Source of the DNA: an uncultured Candidatus Saccharibacteria bacterium
GTDB lineage: Bacteria > Patescibacteriota > Minisyncoccia > Phycocordibacterales > JABMNX01
Assembly: GCA_964575755.1 (NCBI GenBank)
Contig: CAZNRH010000003.1
Location: 2,303-66,302 of the forward strand
Reading direction: 5' to 3'
DNA length: 64,000 nt
Position 1 is the first letter of the stretch. Each line of letters begins with the position of its first letter. A program made the translations under genes and the position numbers. Positions 19,683 to 30,670 of this stretch are shown here, in pieces. A model generated the notes under the pieces. The model saw nothing but the letters and a program-made list of their open reading frames with translations, was not told the origin of the DNA and made no database searches.

Positions 19683-20339
19683 ATGACTAGATTGAGCCTG
19701 TTCGCACCACTTTTCTTATTTGTATTCACTGCGTGCGCAGTAGTGACACAATACACTGACCCAAAAAAACAAACAGTAGTTGATACAGATCAAGCTCTCG
19801 ATCATTTAACATACGAAGATTGTTTACCTGAGGTGCGTAAAGTTAAAGGCCACAAAAGATTCCCCCCAGAGTTTTCTTTTGTGCGCAGTATAAGCACTAG
19901 AATAATTCTTTGTGATTTTTCTGGCGGAGAAAAGATAAGATTTTTTGGAAAAGTCATAAAAGTTCGTGGCAAGCCAGTATCCTCTGGAAACGGTCTTATC
20001 ATTTTTGACAGGCTGTCGAGAAAAATATCTGCTGACGGTTTAGTCAATGCGTACGCCGACTCAAGCAATAGGTTTAAAATTAATGTCAAAAAGAAACTTA
20101 TTCCTATAGAGAGGTATGGATTACTTCCAGTATTCATTATTTCTGGGAAAATGAAGTTTATTCCAAAGATAGTGATCGGAATGATCGTCGTCATAGACTT
20201 TGAGATAGAAGAAGGGGAGTTCACTGCGCTTATATGGGAATACGGAAACAGGATATCGCAAAGTGAAGTATCAAATCCATTTCAAGAGTTATTGTTAGAC
20301 ACCGTGGCACCTTCTCTTGGCGATGGGTCTGCTACATAA
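19683..20339 (+). CDS. Putative lipoprotein
   Basis: Signal peptide with lipobox LFVFTAC. Confidence 0.5.
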   Translation: MTRLSLFAPLFLFVFTACAVVTQYTDPKKQTVVDTDQALDHLTYEDCLPEVRKVKGHKRFPPEFSFVRSISTRIILCDFSGGEKIRFFGKVIKVRGKPVSSGNGLIIFDRLSRKISADGLVNAYADSSNRFKINVKKKLIPIERYGLLPVFIISGKMKFIPKIVIGMIVVIDFEIEEGEFTALIWEYGNRISQSEVSNPFQELLLDTVAPSLGDGSAT

Positions 20340-20362
20340 AAAGTTAAGTCTTTTTAGATTGT

Positions 20363-20394
20363 ATCCCCCAAAACACTTTAGTGTTTTGGGGGAT
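20363..20394 (+). terminator. Hairpin terminator
   Basis: Perfect 14-bp stem ATCCCCCAAAACAC-TTTA-GTGTTTTGGGGGAT. Confidence 0.6.
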
Positions 20395-20488
20395 GGTTGT
20401 TTCGCATTGCACTCATTGAATTTATACTGTATTCTACTTGCAACTGTGGCGTTTGAGCCACTTTTTAATTTAAAATATCTATTTATAT

Positions 20489-22633
20489 ATGGAACGAGAA
20501 TATCCACTAGAAAGAGTCCGTAACTTCGGAATTATAGCCCACATCGATGCGGGTAAGACCACTGTGTCTGAGCGCATACTTTTCTATACAGGAGAAAGTC
20601 ATAAGATAGGTGAAGTTCACGACGGAGAGACTGTAACCGACTGGATGGAACAAGAGCGAGAGCGAGGTATCACTATTACCGCCGCCGCTATTTCCTGCTT
20701 GTGGAATAAGACAGATGAAGACCCTGATGATAATTCCAAAAAATACAGTTTTAACATTATTGATACTCCAGGACACATCGACTTCACAGTAGAGGTAAAA
20801 CGCTCAATGAGCGTGCTCGACGGAGCTATTGTTGTATTCGACGGTGTTTCAGGAGTAGAACCACAGTCAGAAACTAACTGGCGATATGCAGACGAAGCCG
20901 GAGTGCCTAGAATATGTTTTATTAACAAGCTTGACCGAACAGGAGCAAGTTTTGAGCGTTCATACGCAAGTATTCTCGATAGACTTTCACCAAATGCAGT
21001 ACGACTTCAGATTCCAATAGGCGAGGAGACAGACCATAAAGGAGTAATAGACCTGCTTGCCATGAAAGGATATACATTTGACGGAGTAATGGGAAAGGAT
21101 GTCATAAAAGGAGAGGTTCCAGAAAACCTTAAAGCAGATGCAGAGAAATATCGAGCAGAGCTTATAGAAAAAATAGTTGAACATGATGATGATCTTATGA
21201 ATCTATACCTTGAAGGTAAAGAGATACCATATGAAGATTTAAAAAGAGTTCTGAGAGTAGCAATTCTTAAGAACGCTATCTTTCCAGTATATGCTGGTTC
21301 AGCACTAAAGAACAAAGGAGTTCAGTTGGTGCTCGACGGCGTTGTTGATTACTTACCGTCACCAATGGACCTTCCGCCAGTAAAAGGAACAGACCCAAAA
21401 ACAGGAGAAGAAATATTACGAAAGCCTTCAGATGATGAACCGTTTGCAGCGCTAGCATTCAAGCTACAAACAGATCCATTTGTTGGTCAGCTTACATTCT
21501 TCCGTGTGTATTCAGGTACAGCAGAAGCTGGTTCATACATTTACAATGCATCAACGAAGAGTAAAGAACGACTCGGGCGAATTGTTCGCTTACAGGCTGA
21601 TAAACGAGAAGAAATAAAGAAAGTATTTGCAGGAGAGATTGCAGCTGCAGTTGGACTTAAAGATACAAAGACATCACACACACTTTGTGACGTAGATAAT
21701 CCAATTATTCTTGAAGAAATTACATTCCCAGAGCCAGTTATATCTCTGCGTATTGAACCTAAGACAAAAGCAGACCAAGAGAAGATGGGAATCGCACTCA
21801 ATAAACTTTCTGACGAGGATCCAACATTTAAAGTGAGTTCAGATTCTGAAACCATGGAGACAGTAATATCAGGAATGGGAGAGCTTCACCTTGAGATTCT
21901 TGTTGACCGTATGAAGAGAGAGTTTAATGTAGAGGCAGATGTAGGAACACCACAAGTGTCTTACAAAGAAACAATCCAAGGAGCGTCAGAAGCTGAAATA
22001 AAATACATAAAACAATCTGGTGGGCGTGGTCAATATGGTCATGTAAAGATTCGAATCAAACCACTTGAAGAGATTGAAGAAGGCGCAAAGATTGCAAAGA
22101 ACATAAAGAGAAGCGACCACTTCGAGTTTGTAAACTCAATTAAAGGAGGCGTTATTCCCCAGGAGTATATTCCAGCAGTTGAGAAGGGTGTTAAAGAAGC
22201 AATGGACAGAGGTATTCTTGCAGGATACAAAGCAGTTGATATTTCAGTAGAGCTTTACGATGGTTCATACCACGATGTTGACTCATCAGAAATTGCTTTC
22301 AAGATTGCAGGTTCACAAGCATTTAAAGATGCAGCAAGTAGAGCAAAGCCAGTACTTCTTGAGCCGATTATGAAAGTAGAAGTAGTAACCCCTGAGAAAT
22401 TCATGGGAGACATCAATGGAAACCTAAGTTCAAAGCGTGGACAGGTTGAAAGCATGGAAGACAGAGGAGGAAACAAGGTAATTAACGCTAAAGTACCTCT
22501 TTCAGAAATGTTTGGATACACCACAACACTACGCTCTATGACAGAAGGGCGAGCAAGTTCAACTATGGAGTTTGACCACTACGCAGTCGTACCTCAAAAT
22601 GTTGCAAAGGATATAATAGATGCAAGGAATTAA
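20489..22633 (+). CDS. fusA: Elongation factor G
   Basis: [10 protein letters not shown]-loop, DTPGHIDF, and domain IV/V motifs. Confidence 0.97.
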   Translation: MEREYPLERVRNFGIIAHIDAGKTTVSERILFYTGESHKIGEVHDGETVTDWMEQERERGITITAAAISCLWNKTDEDPDDNSKKYSFNIIDTPGHIDFTVEVKRSMSVLDGAIVVFDGVSGVEPQSETNWRYADEAGVPRICFINKLDRTGASFERSYASILDRLSPNAVRLQIPIGEETDHKGVIDLLAMKGYTFDGVMGKDVIKGEVPENLKADAEKYRAELIEKIVEHDDDLMNLYLEGKEIPYEDLKRVLRVAILKNAIFPVYAGSALKNKGVQLVLDGVVDYLPSPMDLPPVKGTDPKTGEEILRKPSDDEPFAALAFKLQTDPFVGQLTFFRVYSGTAEAGSYIYNASTKSKERLGRIVRLQADKREEIKKVFAGEIAAAVGLKDTKTSHTLCDVDNPIILEEITFPEPVISLRIEPKTKADQEKMGIALNKLSDEDPTFKVSSDSETMETVISGMGELHLEILVDRMKREFNVEADVGTPQVSYKETIQGASEAEIKYIKQSGGRGQYGHVKIRIKPLEEIEEGAKIAKNIKRSDHFEFVNSIKGGVIPQEYIPAVEKGVKEAMDRGILAGYKAVDISVELYDGSYHDVDSSEIAFKIAGSQAFKDAASRAKPVLLEPIMKVEVVTPEKFMGDINGNLSSKRGQVESMEDRGGNKVINAKVPLSEMFGYTTTLRSMTEGRASSTMEFDHYAVVPQNVAKDIIDARN

Positions 22634-22719
22634 GTTTCTATTGAAAACCTATATTATATAAATTAGGAATGCCTGCCCCGTAGCTGGACGACTTAAAGGA
22701 GGACGTGGTGACTTAGGTA

Positions 22720-22760
22720 GCAAAAGACATTATCGACGCAAGGAACTAGAGTTTCTATTG
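22720..22760 (+). repeat. Displaced duplicate of the last 10 codons of fusA ([10 protein letters not shown]), carrying only synonymous substitutions
   Basis: Compare 22604-22643 with 22720-22760. Seven codons differ and all encode the same residues. An 85-bp insert separates the two copies. Confidence 0.8.
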
Positions 22761-22772
22761 TAAAATATACAT

Positions 22773-22806
22773 AAATAAATGCCCCAGGTACCTGGGGCAT
22801 TTATTT
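22773..22806. terminator. Perfect palindromic terminator AAATAAATGCCCCAGGTACCTGGGGCATTTATTT (family A)
   Basis: 16-bp stem between fusA and tuf. Related copies occur at 33491, 40024 and 50589. Confidence 0.75.
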
Positions 22807-23016
22807 ATGTATATTTTACGCCAGAATACTTGACTTATACATTCATTTCTTGCTATTATAGCGTCATCGCAATGGGCGCCTTTTTGTATGGGGATTCTTT
22901 TCTCTTGTATATTTAGATGTCTGTAGCTTATTATCAATAAGTATTTTTAAGAAGTAAATCACTTGTTCTCGCGCGTTTACTTTTCAAAAATACTAAATAT
23001 TTTAAATAAAATTATT

Positions 23017-24216
23017 ATGGCAGAAGAATTTGATCGTTCAAAACCACACGTAAACGTAGGAACAATTGGTCACGTTGACCACGGAAAGACTACACTTACA
23101 GCTAGTATCCTTCACGTCCTTAACTTGATGGGAGGAGAGTATGGCTCAAACCTTAAAAACGTTGACCAAATTGATAGCGCACCAGAAGAAAAAGAGCGAG
23201 GTATTACAATCGCGCTTTCTCACAATGAGTACTGGACACCAACACGTCACTATGCTCACATTGATGCTCCTGGCCACGCAGATTACATTAAAAACATGAT
23301 TACTGGTGCAGCACAGATGGACGGCGCAGTATTAGTTGTAGCAGCTTCAGATGGAGTTATGCCACAGACACAAGAGCACATCCTTCTTGCAAAGCAAGTC
23401 GGAGTACCTAAGATCATCGTATTCCTAAACAAGGTAGACCAAGTTGATGACAATGACCTTATTGATCTTGTAGAAGAAGAAGTTCGAGAACTTCTTACAA
23501 AATACGAATTCGACGGTGAAAATGCACCAATTATACGAGGTTCAGGACTTAAAGCTCTAGATGCAACATCAGTTGATGATGAATGGGCAAAGAAAATTAT
23601 TGAGCTTATCAAAGCTATGGACGAATACTTCCCAGTTCCAAAGCGAGATACTGATAAAGATTTCTTAATGCCAATTGAAGATGTCTTCTCAATTGAAGGC
23701 CGCGGCACAGTAGTTACAGGACGAATCGAGAGAGGAATAGTTAAGGTTGGAGAGGAAGTTGAAATCGTTGGTATTAAAGACACAGTGAAGACAACAGTTA
23801 CTGGAGTTGAGATGTTTAACAAACAACTTCAAGAAGGACAAGCTGGAGACAATGCAGGAATTCTTATTCGAGGAATCAAGAAAGAAGATATTCATCGAGG
23901 ACAAGTACTTGCTAAAGTAGGTTCAGTTACTCCTCATACAGAGTTTGAGGCTGAAGTATTTATCCTTAAAAAAGAAGAAGGTGGACGTCACACTCCATTC
24001 TTCACTGGATACAAGCCACAGTTCTACCTTGGAACAACAGACGTTACAGGGGATGTAACACTTGCTGAGGGAACAGAGATGGTTATGCCAGGAGACACAG
24101 TAACATTTAAAGTAAAGCTCGTAGGACCTATCGCACTTGAAGAACAGCAACACTTTGCTATTCGAGAAGGAGGTAAGACTGTTGGAGCTGGAGTTGTTAC
24201 AAAAATAGTCGCATAA
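23017..24216 (+). CDS. tuf: Elongation factor Tu
   Basis: [28 protein letters not shown]. The start is the internal ATG at 23017. Confidence 0.97.
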   Translation: MAEEFDRSKPHVNVGTIGHVDHGKTTLTASILHVLNLMGGEYGSNLKNVDQIDSAPEEKERGITIALSHNEYWTPTRHYAHIDAPGHADYIKNMITGAAQMDGAVLVVAASDGVMPQTQEHILLAKQVGVPKIIVFLNKVDQVDDNDLIDLVEEEVRELLTKYEFDGENAPIIRGSGLKALDATSVDDEWAKKIIELIKAMDEYFPVPKRDTDKDFLMPIEDVFSIEGRGTVVTGRIERGIVKVGEEVEIVGIKDTVKTTVTGVEMFNKQLQEGQAGDNAGILIRGIKKEDIHRGQVLAKVGSVTPHTEFEAEVFILKKEEGGRHTPFFTGYKPQFYLGTTDVTGDVTLAEGTEMVMPGDTVTFKVKLVGPIALEEQQHFAIREGGKTVGAGVVTKIVA

Positions 24217-24293
24217 TAATTTATACGACTGCATAACGTACTCTAATAAAGTAAGCGTGTGTGGTACAGTGTACCCACAAGAAAAACAGAACC

Positions 24294-24710
24294 ATGACAA
24301 CCAAAGATACAAAGAAAGAAAAAGTAGTAAAGAAATCTACCAAGAAAAAAGTAGCCAAGAAGGTTGCACCTAAGAAGGCAACTAAAAAAGCTGCTGGAGA
24401 GGGAATTTCAAGATTACGTATTCGTGTGCGAGCATACGAACATAAACTTCTTGATACGTCTGTAAAACAGATTATTGATACTGCACTTCGGTATGATGCT
24501 GAAGTTGTCGGACCAACACCTCTTCCTACAGAAAGGAAGTTATACACTGTTAATCGTTCCAGTTTCGTACACAAAGATGCGCGAGAACAATTTGAAATGC
24601 GTGTACATAAGAGAATGATTGATATCCTCAACCCAAATCAAAAAGTTGTAGAGTCTTTGACTAATCTTTCTTTGCCGTCTGGTGTGAACATCGACGTAAA
24701 AATGCTCTAG
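24294..24710 (+). CDS. rpsJ: 30S ribosomal protein S10 with a Lys-rich N-terminal extension of about 40 aa
   Basis: S10 core RIRVRAYEHKLLD...VVGPTPLPT, preceded by KKEKVVKKSTKKKVAKKVAPKKATKKAAGE. Confidence 0.9.
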   Translation: MTTKDTKKEKVVKKSTKKKVAKKVAPKKATKKAAGEGISRLRIRVRAYEHKLLDTSVKQIIDTALRYDAEVVGPTPLPTERKLYTVNRSSFVHKDAREQFEMRVHKRMIDILNPNQKVVESLTNLSLPSGVNIDVKML

Positions 24711-24838
24711 TCGCAATCTCAAAAGCACTTCATCTGCGTTATTGTGGTTTAGAAAATCTCTTTCGCCGTATTGATTACGTCTCTAGAGATTTTCCTTCCA
24801 CACTTCGCATCTAAAGCACTTTTGAAATTGCTTAACAA

Positions 24839-24871
24839 AACACGCCATGTATGGCGTGTTTTGTGTTTTTT
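24839..24871 (+). terminator. Intrinsic terminator AACACGCCAT-GT-ATGGCGTGTT followed by TTGTGTTTTTT (family B)
   Basis: 10-bp GC-rich stem plus a U-tract. A related copy lies at 42236. Confidence 0.85.
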
Positions 24872-24921
24872 ACTGTGAAATGCGGTACTATTAATGTAGA
24901 GGTGTTAGACTTGTAATAAGT

Positions 24922-25203
24922 ATGGAGGAGAAAGAAATGGTGAATAATACTTTAGGAATTGACGTTCTGGAGGCTCTCGAACAAGCTGCTGTGGAACAGA
25001 CACCGAACGATGACGGCAGTTGTAAGACCGAAGGATGTAAAGGGAAAATAACCAAACAAGTTAGAGGAAAATCGAGTTACGGATATTTTTTTGATCCTGC
25101 TAAATGCGAAAATTGCTCGAGAGCTTATTTAAATTACGAATACGCTCAACCTATAGGCATAGCAGAATTTGAAGAGTCATTAAATCAACCCATGACGATT
25201 TAA
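24922..25203 (+). CDS. Small Cys4 zinc-ribbon protein, inserted between rpsJ and rplC
   Basis: CKTEGC...C-x2-C pattern (CENCS) with an acidic N-terminus. The gene is preceded by its own terminator. Confidence 0.45.
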   Translation: MEEKEMVNNTLGIDVLEALEQAAVEQTPNDDGSCKTEGCKGKITKQVRGKSSYGYFFDPAKCENCSRAYLNYEYAQPIGIAEFEESLNQPMTI

Positions 25204-25357
25204 GTGGTTCGAATACTTTAATAGGTCATATGTAATCTTTGTATATGGCCTATACTTTTTCTTGCATTATTTAATGACTTCTATATACTCTTCCCTAGAA
25301 ATGTATTGAATCGTTGACTCGATACATACACAATATTATAAAGAAAGGAATTGAAAG

Positions 25358-25630
25358 ATGTCCGATCTAGATGTTGCCATGAACGCTTTGCTTGATTGGG
25401 AAGCAATGTTAGCGAGCTTGGGCATGCAAAGAAATGCTGATGCAATAGGTATTTTGTGGCATGTCCGCAACTTGGGAAAAAGCCATAGAAGAAATTTCTT
25501 GCTTGTTCTGAAGGGAACAGGTCACTGCTCTGACGAATTTATCGTCGATTCAAGTATAGGTGAGCAAGCTGCTATAAGTCTTAAAAGACTTTTCAAAGCT
25601 GCTGGCGAACCTCAGTTCGACGAAGAATAA
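25358..25630 (+). CDS. Hypothetical 90-aa protein, inserted in the S10 operon
   Basis: ORF with the upstream AG-rich sequence AAAGAAAGGAATTGAAAG. Confidence 0.4.
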   Translation: MSDLDVAMNALLDWEAMLASLGMQRNADAIGILWHVRNLGKSHRRNFLLVLKGTGHCSDEFIVDSSIGEQAAISLKRLFKAAGEPQFDEE

Positions 25631-25828
25631 AATTGAACCTTTGTTCGATTAACCTGCCCTACGCAATCTGGCGTAGGGTTTTCTTTTTCTTGCAATATTT
25701 AGCTACTCCTGTATACTCTCTTTTGTACCTATTTAGTTTAGGTAGCTATGTTCTCTCAAGTGGGAACCTATGGCATATTCCATTGTTTGGATGCGCCATT
25801 ACGGCGCCTTTTTTGTACATATTTTTAA

Positions 25829-26458
25829 ATGAAATTTATTCTAGGAACAAAGCAATACATGACACAAGTCTTTGATAAAAAAGGCGTGGCTTATCCTGCT
25901 ACTGTTTTAGCTGCTGGTCCTGTTACTGTTACTCAAGTAAAAAATACTGAAAAAGATGGATATGATTCTGTTCAGGTTGGATACGGAGACAGACACGAGA
26001 AAAACATTAACAAAGCACAAAAAGGTCATTTTAAAGATTTAGGGCTATTTAGATATTTAAAAGAGTTCCGAGCAAAAAGCATCGGCAACGATGAATACAA
26101 AAGAGGAGATATTATTGATGTTTCAAAGTTTGAAGTGGGAGATATTGTAGAGGTTTCAGCAATTTCAAAAGGTAAAGGATTCCAAGGTGTTGTTAAACGA
26201 CACGGGTTTGCTGGAGGTCCACGTACTCACGGTAACAAACACCACGAACGTACCCCAGGTTCTATTGGAGCTCAGGGTCCACAGCGTGTACTTAAAGGAG
26301 TGAGAATGGCAGGACGAATGGGTTCAGACCGTGTTACGGTGAAAAACCTTAAAGTTCTTCAGGTTGATAAGGAAAACAATCAACTTGTAATCAAGGGAGC
26401 TGTACCAGGACACAGAGGGACTTTTGTTGAGGTTAGGGTAATGCAAAAGGCAAAATAA
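25829..26458 (+). CDS. rplC: 50S ribosomal protein L3
   Basis: MKFILGTKQYMTQVFD...GKGFQGVVKRHGF. Confidence 0.95.
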   Translation: MKFILGTKQYMTQVFDKKGVAYPATVLAAGPVTVTQVKNTEKDGYDSVQVGYGDRHEKNINKAQKGHFKDLGLFRYLKEFRAKSIGNDEYKRGDIIDVSKFEVGDIVEVSAISKGKGFQGVVKRHGFAGGPRTHGNKHHERTPGSIGAQGPQRVLKGVRMAGRMGSDRVTVKNLKVLQVDKENNQLVIKGAVPGHRGTFVEVRVMQKAK

Positions 26459-26468
26459 TTAAATAATT

Positions 26469-27380
26469 ATGGCCCCGTTAGAAGTTACGAAAATTAATAT
26501 GACAACAGAAACCAATACAAAAGAATACAAAAAGAAAGATAATCAAACGTCAAATTCGATGAGAAAGACTGGAGGGGTTTCTACTTCTAACGGGGTGGAA
26601 ACTAACGTATACAACCAAGAAGGAAAAACTGTTGGAAAGGTAAATCTACCAGAAGCTATTTTCGGACTTAAGTGGAATGCTGATCTAGTACATCAGGTTG
26701 TTGTTGGTTTGGAAGCTAATAAACGAACTCCAGTAGCCCACACAAAAGACAGAGGCGAGGTTCGCGGTGGAGGTAGAAAGCCATGGCAACAGAAAGGAAC
26801 TGGTCGCGCTCGTGTTGGCTCTTCACGTTCTCCTATTTGGAGAGGTGGTGGAATAACATTCGGTCCACGAAAAGATAAAGACTATTCAAAGAAGATTAAC
26901 AAGAAAATGAAGATTAAAGCACTCTACGTAGCGCTCTCACAGAAGATGCGTGACGGAGAAATAATCTTTATAGACTCACTTTCATTCTCAAGCCCAAAGA
27001 CAGCACAGGCAAAAAAAGTTCTTTCTGCACTTGCGTCAGTCAAAGGTTTTGATACTCTGGCAACAAAGAAGAAAAACAGTGCACTTATCGCTACAAATGA
27101 GAAAAATGTTGCTGTAGAAAAAAGTTTTAATAATATGGGCAATATTGAGGTGGACGAAGTGAGGAATATAAACGCTCGAGATCTGCTTCTACATAAATAC
27201 ATCATCATCACTAATCCAGAAGAAGCTGTTACATTTTTTGGTAGTAAGTTGAAGTCTGTTTCAAGGACCATGAAAGATGTGACAGAGAAGACAGCAACAA
27301 CAAAGAAAGAGTCAGACAAGAAGGAGGTAGTAAAGAAGACGCCTGTGAAAAAAGCTGTAAGTAAAGTAGTGAAAAAATAA
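26469..27380 (+). CDS. rplD: 50S ribosomal protein L4 with N- and C-terminal Lys-rich extensions
   Basis: GGGRKPWQQKGTGRAR core. Confidence 0.9.
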   Translation: MAPLEVTKINMTTETNTKEYKKKDNQTSNSMRKTGGVSTSNGVETNVYNQEGKTVGKVNLPEAIFGLKWNADLVHQVVVGLEANKRTPVAHTKDRGEVRGGGRKPWQQKGTGRARVGSSRSPIWRGGGITFGPRKDKDYSKKINKKMKIKALYVALSQKMRDGEIIFIDSLSFSSPKTAQAKKVLSALASVKGFDTLATKKKNSALIATNEKNVAVEKSFNNMGNIEVDEVRNINARDLLLHKYIIITNPEEAVTFFGSKLKSVSRTMKDVTEKTATTKKESDKKEVVKKTPVKKAVSKVVKK

Positions 27381-27381
27381 C

Positions 27382-27843
27382 ATGGCATTATTTCGATTAA
27401 AAAAAGAAAATGTTGAGAAAGAGAAAATCTCTGATGAGAAAGTAGTTTCTGATACTAAAGCAACCCAGACTGTAAAAAAGACGGATGTTGTTAAAAAAAG
27501 TACTGAAACTAAGGTAGTAAAAAAATCTTCTTCAGATGTCCTTTCTCTTAATTACAGAAAAGACATAGCGTCAGTACTTAAGAATCCTCGAGTGACTGAG
27601 AAGGCAACTATTATGTCTGAAAGAGGTGTGTACGTGTTTGATGTATCTACACGAGCAACCAAGGCAGATGTTGCAGAAGCCGTTAAAGAACTTTACAAAG
27701 TGACTCCACGAAAGATAAACATGGTAAAGGTTCCTTCAAAACGAACAAGGGTACGTGGACAGCAAAATAAGTTTGGGGTAAAGTCAGGAGGAAAGAAGGC
27801 GTATGTATACGTAAAGAAGGGTGACACTATTGATATAGTTTAG
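27382..27843 (+). CDS. rplW: 50S ribosomal protein L23 with an N-terminal extension
   Basis: YVFDVSTRATKADVAEAVKELYKV. Confidence 0.9.
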   Translation: MALFRLKKENVEKEKISDEKVVSDTKATQTVKKTDVVKKSTETKVVKKSSSDVLSLNYRKDIASVLKNPRVTEKATIMSERGVYVFDVSTRATKADVAEAVKELYKVTPRKINMVKVPSKRTRVRGQQNKFGVKSGGKKAYVYVKKGDTIDIV

Positions 27844-27860
27844 TTATATTATTTTGAAGT

Positions 27861-28700
27861 ATGAAAACATATAAACCAACATCACCAGGGCAAAGAGGAA
27901 TGACACGAGTAAGTTTTAAAAAACTTACGGTTTCTAGCCCGTTCAAAAAACTGACCAAAGGCAAGAAGCGTCATGTGGGGCGAAACAGTCAAGGACGTAT
28001 TACTACAAGGCATAAAGGTGGTGGTCACAAGAGACTTTATCGTGATATAGACTTCCTTTTTAATAAAAGAGATATACCTGCAAAGATTGAGACAATCGAG
28101 TATGATCCAAACAGAACAGCATTTATTGCACTTGTATTATACGCTGACGGAGAGCGTCGTTACATGCTCTTGCCACAATCACTTGAGGTTGGGGATAGTA
28201 TTATAACTTCAGAAAAGGCTCCACTTAAGGCTGGAAATAGGCTTAGATTGAAGAATATCCCCGTAGGTACGTTTGTATATAGTATTGAATTAAAACCAGA
28301 AGGTGGGTCTAAATTAGCTCGCTCTGCAGGAAATTACGCTGAGGTTATTGGACAAGATGCTGGGTATACTCTACTTAAGATGCCTTCAAGTGAAGTTCGA
28401 AAAGTTCTTGAGAATTCTTGGGCATCAGTCGGAGAAGTTTCAAATGAGGAACATAAGTTAGTAAATATAGGAAAGGCTGGAAGAAACAGATGGCTCGGTA
28501 AACGACCTACTGTACGTGGAGCGGCTATGAACGCCGTTGATCACCCACATGGAGGTGGAGAAGGTAAAGCTGGGCGAGGGCACCGAAGACAGCGTACTAA
28601 GTGGGGTAAGCCAGCAGGAAAAGGCCAGAAGACAAGAAAGATAAAGAAATATTCAAACACACTTATTGTACGTAGGCGAAAAGTCGGAAAGAGACGATAA
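27861..28700 (+). CDS. rplB: 50S ribosomal protein L2
   Basis: GRNSQGRITTRHKGGGHKR ... HPHGGGEGK. Confidence 0.97.
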   Translation: MKTYKPTSPGQRGMTRVSFKKLTVSSPFKKLTKGKKRHVGRNSQGRITTRHKGGGHKRLYRDIDFLFNKRDIPAKIETIEYDPNRTAFIALVLYADGERRYMLLPQSLEVGDSIITSEKAPLKAGNRLRLKNIPVGTFVYSIELKPEGGSKLARSAGNYAEVIGQDAGYTLLKMPSSEVRKVLENSWASVGEVSNEEHKLVNIGKAGRNRWLGKRPTVRGAAMNAVDHPHGGGEGKAGRGHRRQRTKWGKPAGKGQKTRKIKKYSNTLIVRRRKVGKRR

Positions 28701-28703
28701 ATA

Positions 28704-28731
28704 AAAAACCAAGGGCAGTCCTTGGTTTTTT
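28704..28731 (+). terminator. Intrinsic terminator
   Basis: AAAAAACCAAGG-GCAGT-CCTTGGTTTTTT. Confidence 0.85.
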
Positions 28732-28801
28732 ATTACCTTGTTTTTTTGTGGATGATGTGTTTTATTTATTATAGTAAAGGCTTTATAGATATAAGGAGGA
28801 T

Positions 28802-29128
28802 ATGGTAATGGAAGATTCACCTATAGCATGTTTGTGGACTGGTCATTTTACTGACTTACAGAAGAACTCCGGTGGCGGCTTTGATTATGAGGTACGGGAA
28901 ATTAGCAAGAGGTATATCTCAAAATATGCTAGAAAAGCACTCGTATTTCATTCAAATGACAAGGTGTCAATTAGTTACTCTAACGGCTCTAATGTTGTAG
29001 TTAAAGTTCATGAGTCTAATGGTAAAATACTCTTAGATGTTATGGATAAAAAAGGAAATCGAATCAAGAGACTGTTTATTGAGATTAATGGTCGCCGTAC
29101 ATATATTTATAAAAAAAGAAAGGTTTAA
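28802..29128 (+). CDS. Hypothetical basic protein of 108 aa, inserted between rplB and rpsS
   Basis: The ORF is flanked by terminators and has no recognisable family. Confidence 0.4.
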   Translation: MVMEDSPIACLWTGHFTDLQKNSGGGFDYEVREISKRYISKYARKALVFHSNDKVSISYSNGSNVVVKVHESNGKILLDVMDKKGNRIKRLFIEINGRRTYIYKKRKV

Positions 29129-29297
29129 AGTGACGTCAGGAATCATCCAAGCGTCATTTTTTTTGGCAATAATTCATCTTTAAAATACATTTAACCGTTG
29201 GTATTCGATTGTACTCACTCTCTTCTTTTGTGATTTGACACCGGCCTTCGTTTTAGCTATTATGTACGCCAAGCTCGAGAGAGCTTTTTAATTTGAA

Positions 29298-29633
29298 ATG
29301 GCACGATCTATTAAAAAAGGACCATACGTAGACCCAAGACTTCAAAGGAAGATCGAAGGTAAAAAGCCAAATGATACTGGCGTTGTTAAGACGTGGGCAC
29401 GAAGAAGCCAAATCTCTCCTGATATGGTTGGATTTACTTTCGGTGTTCATAACGGCAGAGACCATATTGAGGTTTTTGTTACTGATGAGATGGTTGGACA
29501 TCGTCTAGGAGAGTTTTCTCCTACTAAGAAGTTCCATCGCCATGGAGGTAAAATGCAGAAAGAATTAGAGCAACGACAGAAAGAAGCTGAGATTACAGCA
29601 GCTAAGGCAGCTAAAGTAGCAGCCGATAAATAA
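29298..29633 (+). CDS. rpsS: 30S ribosomal protein S19 with a C-terminal extension
   Basis: [15 protein letters not shown]...[10 protein letters not shown]. Confidence 0.95.
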   Translation: MARSIKKGPYVDPRLQRKIEGKKPNDTGVVKTWARRSQISPDMVGFTFGVHNGRDHIEVFVTDEMVGHRLGEFSPTKKFHRHGGKMQKELEQRQKEAEITAAKAAKVAADK

Positions 29634-29645
29634 ACATAAATATTC

Positions 29646-29975
29646 ATGAAAGCACGACTTAAAAATTATCGACAATCTCCACGCAAGGTTAGACTTGTTG
29701 CTAATCTTGTACGCGGTAAGAGTGTTGTTAGAGCACTGACAGCTCTCTCATTTTTAGACAAGAAGTCAGCAGCCCCAATTAAGAAATTAATTGAGTCAGC
29801 AGTTTCAAATGCAGAAAACAAAGGGTCGAAAAAGGAAGACTTAGCTGTTTCAGATATTCAAGTAGACGAAGGGGTTTCATTTACACGCTTTCGTCCTCGA
29901 GCACGTGGGCGAGCAGCTCCTATAAAACGTCGCTCGAGTCACATAAATATAAATCTAACTAATTCAAAAAACTAA
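29646..29975 (+). CDS. rplV: 50S ribosomal protein L22
   Basis: MKARLKNYRQSPRKVRLVANLVRGKSV. Confidence 0.95.
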   Translation: MKARLKNYRQSPRKVRLVANLVRGKSVVRALTALSFLDKKSAAPIKKLIESAVSNAENKGSKKEDLAVSDIQVDEGVSFTRFRPRARGRAAPIKRRSSHININLTNSKN

Positions 29976-29999
29976 AACCTAGAATCTAACGCTTTAAAC

Positions 30000-30665
30000 A
30001 TGACACATAACGTACACCCATATTCACATAGACTCGGAATACTTCGCGACTGGAAATCTCGGTGGTTTTCTTCAAACCCACAAGAATATCGTGAGGGTAT
30101 TAAGCTCGATGTAAGTATTCGGGAGTTTTTAACAAAACAACTACGTGGTAAATACGTTAGTTCTATTGAGATGGAACGAAACCAGAAAACACTTCGAGTT
30201 ATTATCAAAACCACCCGACCTGGAATTATTATTGGCAGAAGTGGCGAAGGTAGCGCGAAGATAAAAGCTGACGTTGAAAAGATGACCAAGAAGCTCAGGA
30301 TAGAAGAGCTTCCAGAAATTAAGATTGATATTGAAGAAGTACGATCACCAGAATCAAATGCAGCAATCGTATCTCAAATGATCGCAGAAGGCTTAGAAAA
30401 GCGAATGCCGTTTCGTCGAGTGTTAAAACAGACAGTAGACAAAGTAATGGCAAATCGAGACGTTGAAGGAGTCAGGATTTCTGTAGCAGGACGACTTGGA
30501 GGAACTGAGATGGCGCGACAAGAGCAAATAAAGAAGGGGCGTATTCCACTTCAGACATTTAGGGCAGATATTGATTTTGCACGAGAAAAGGCGTATCTTC
30601 CATACGGTGTAATAGGTATTAAAGTATGGATATATAAGGGTGACGTATTTGATACTAATGAATAA
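30000..30665 (+). CDS. rpsC: 30S ribosomal protein S3
   Basis: HPYSHRLGILRDWKSRWF with KH domain. Confidence 0.95.
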   Translation: MTHNVHPYSHRLGILRDWKSRWFSSNPQEYREGIKLDVSIREFLTKQLRGKYVSSIEMERNQKTLRVIIKTTRPGIIIGRSGEGSAKIKADVEKMTKKLRIEELPEIKIDIEEVRSPESNAAIVSQMIAEGLEKRMPFRRVLKQTVDKVMANRDVEGVRISVAGRLGGTEMARQEQIKKGRIPLQTFRADIDFAREKAYLPYGVIGIKVWIYKGDVFDTNE

Positions 30666-30670
30666 GGCTT

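Noticed and set aside
22963-23016. Upstream extensions in the ORF track. These are tuf from 22963 ([12 protein letters not shown]...), rplX from 31905 overlapping rplN, rnhA from 12661 overlapping the yerC-like gene, rpsL from 17853, rpsJ from 24261, rpmB from 17071, and tpiA from 7752 (a TTG).
   Set aside because: Conserved N-termini ([58 protein letters not shown]) begin at internal ATGs. The extensions overlap upstream genes or regulatory elements.
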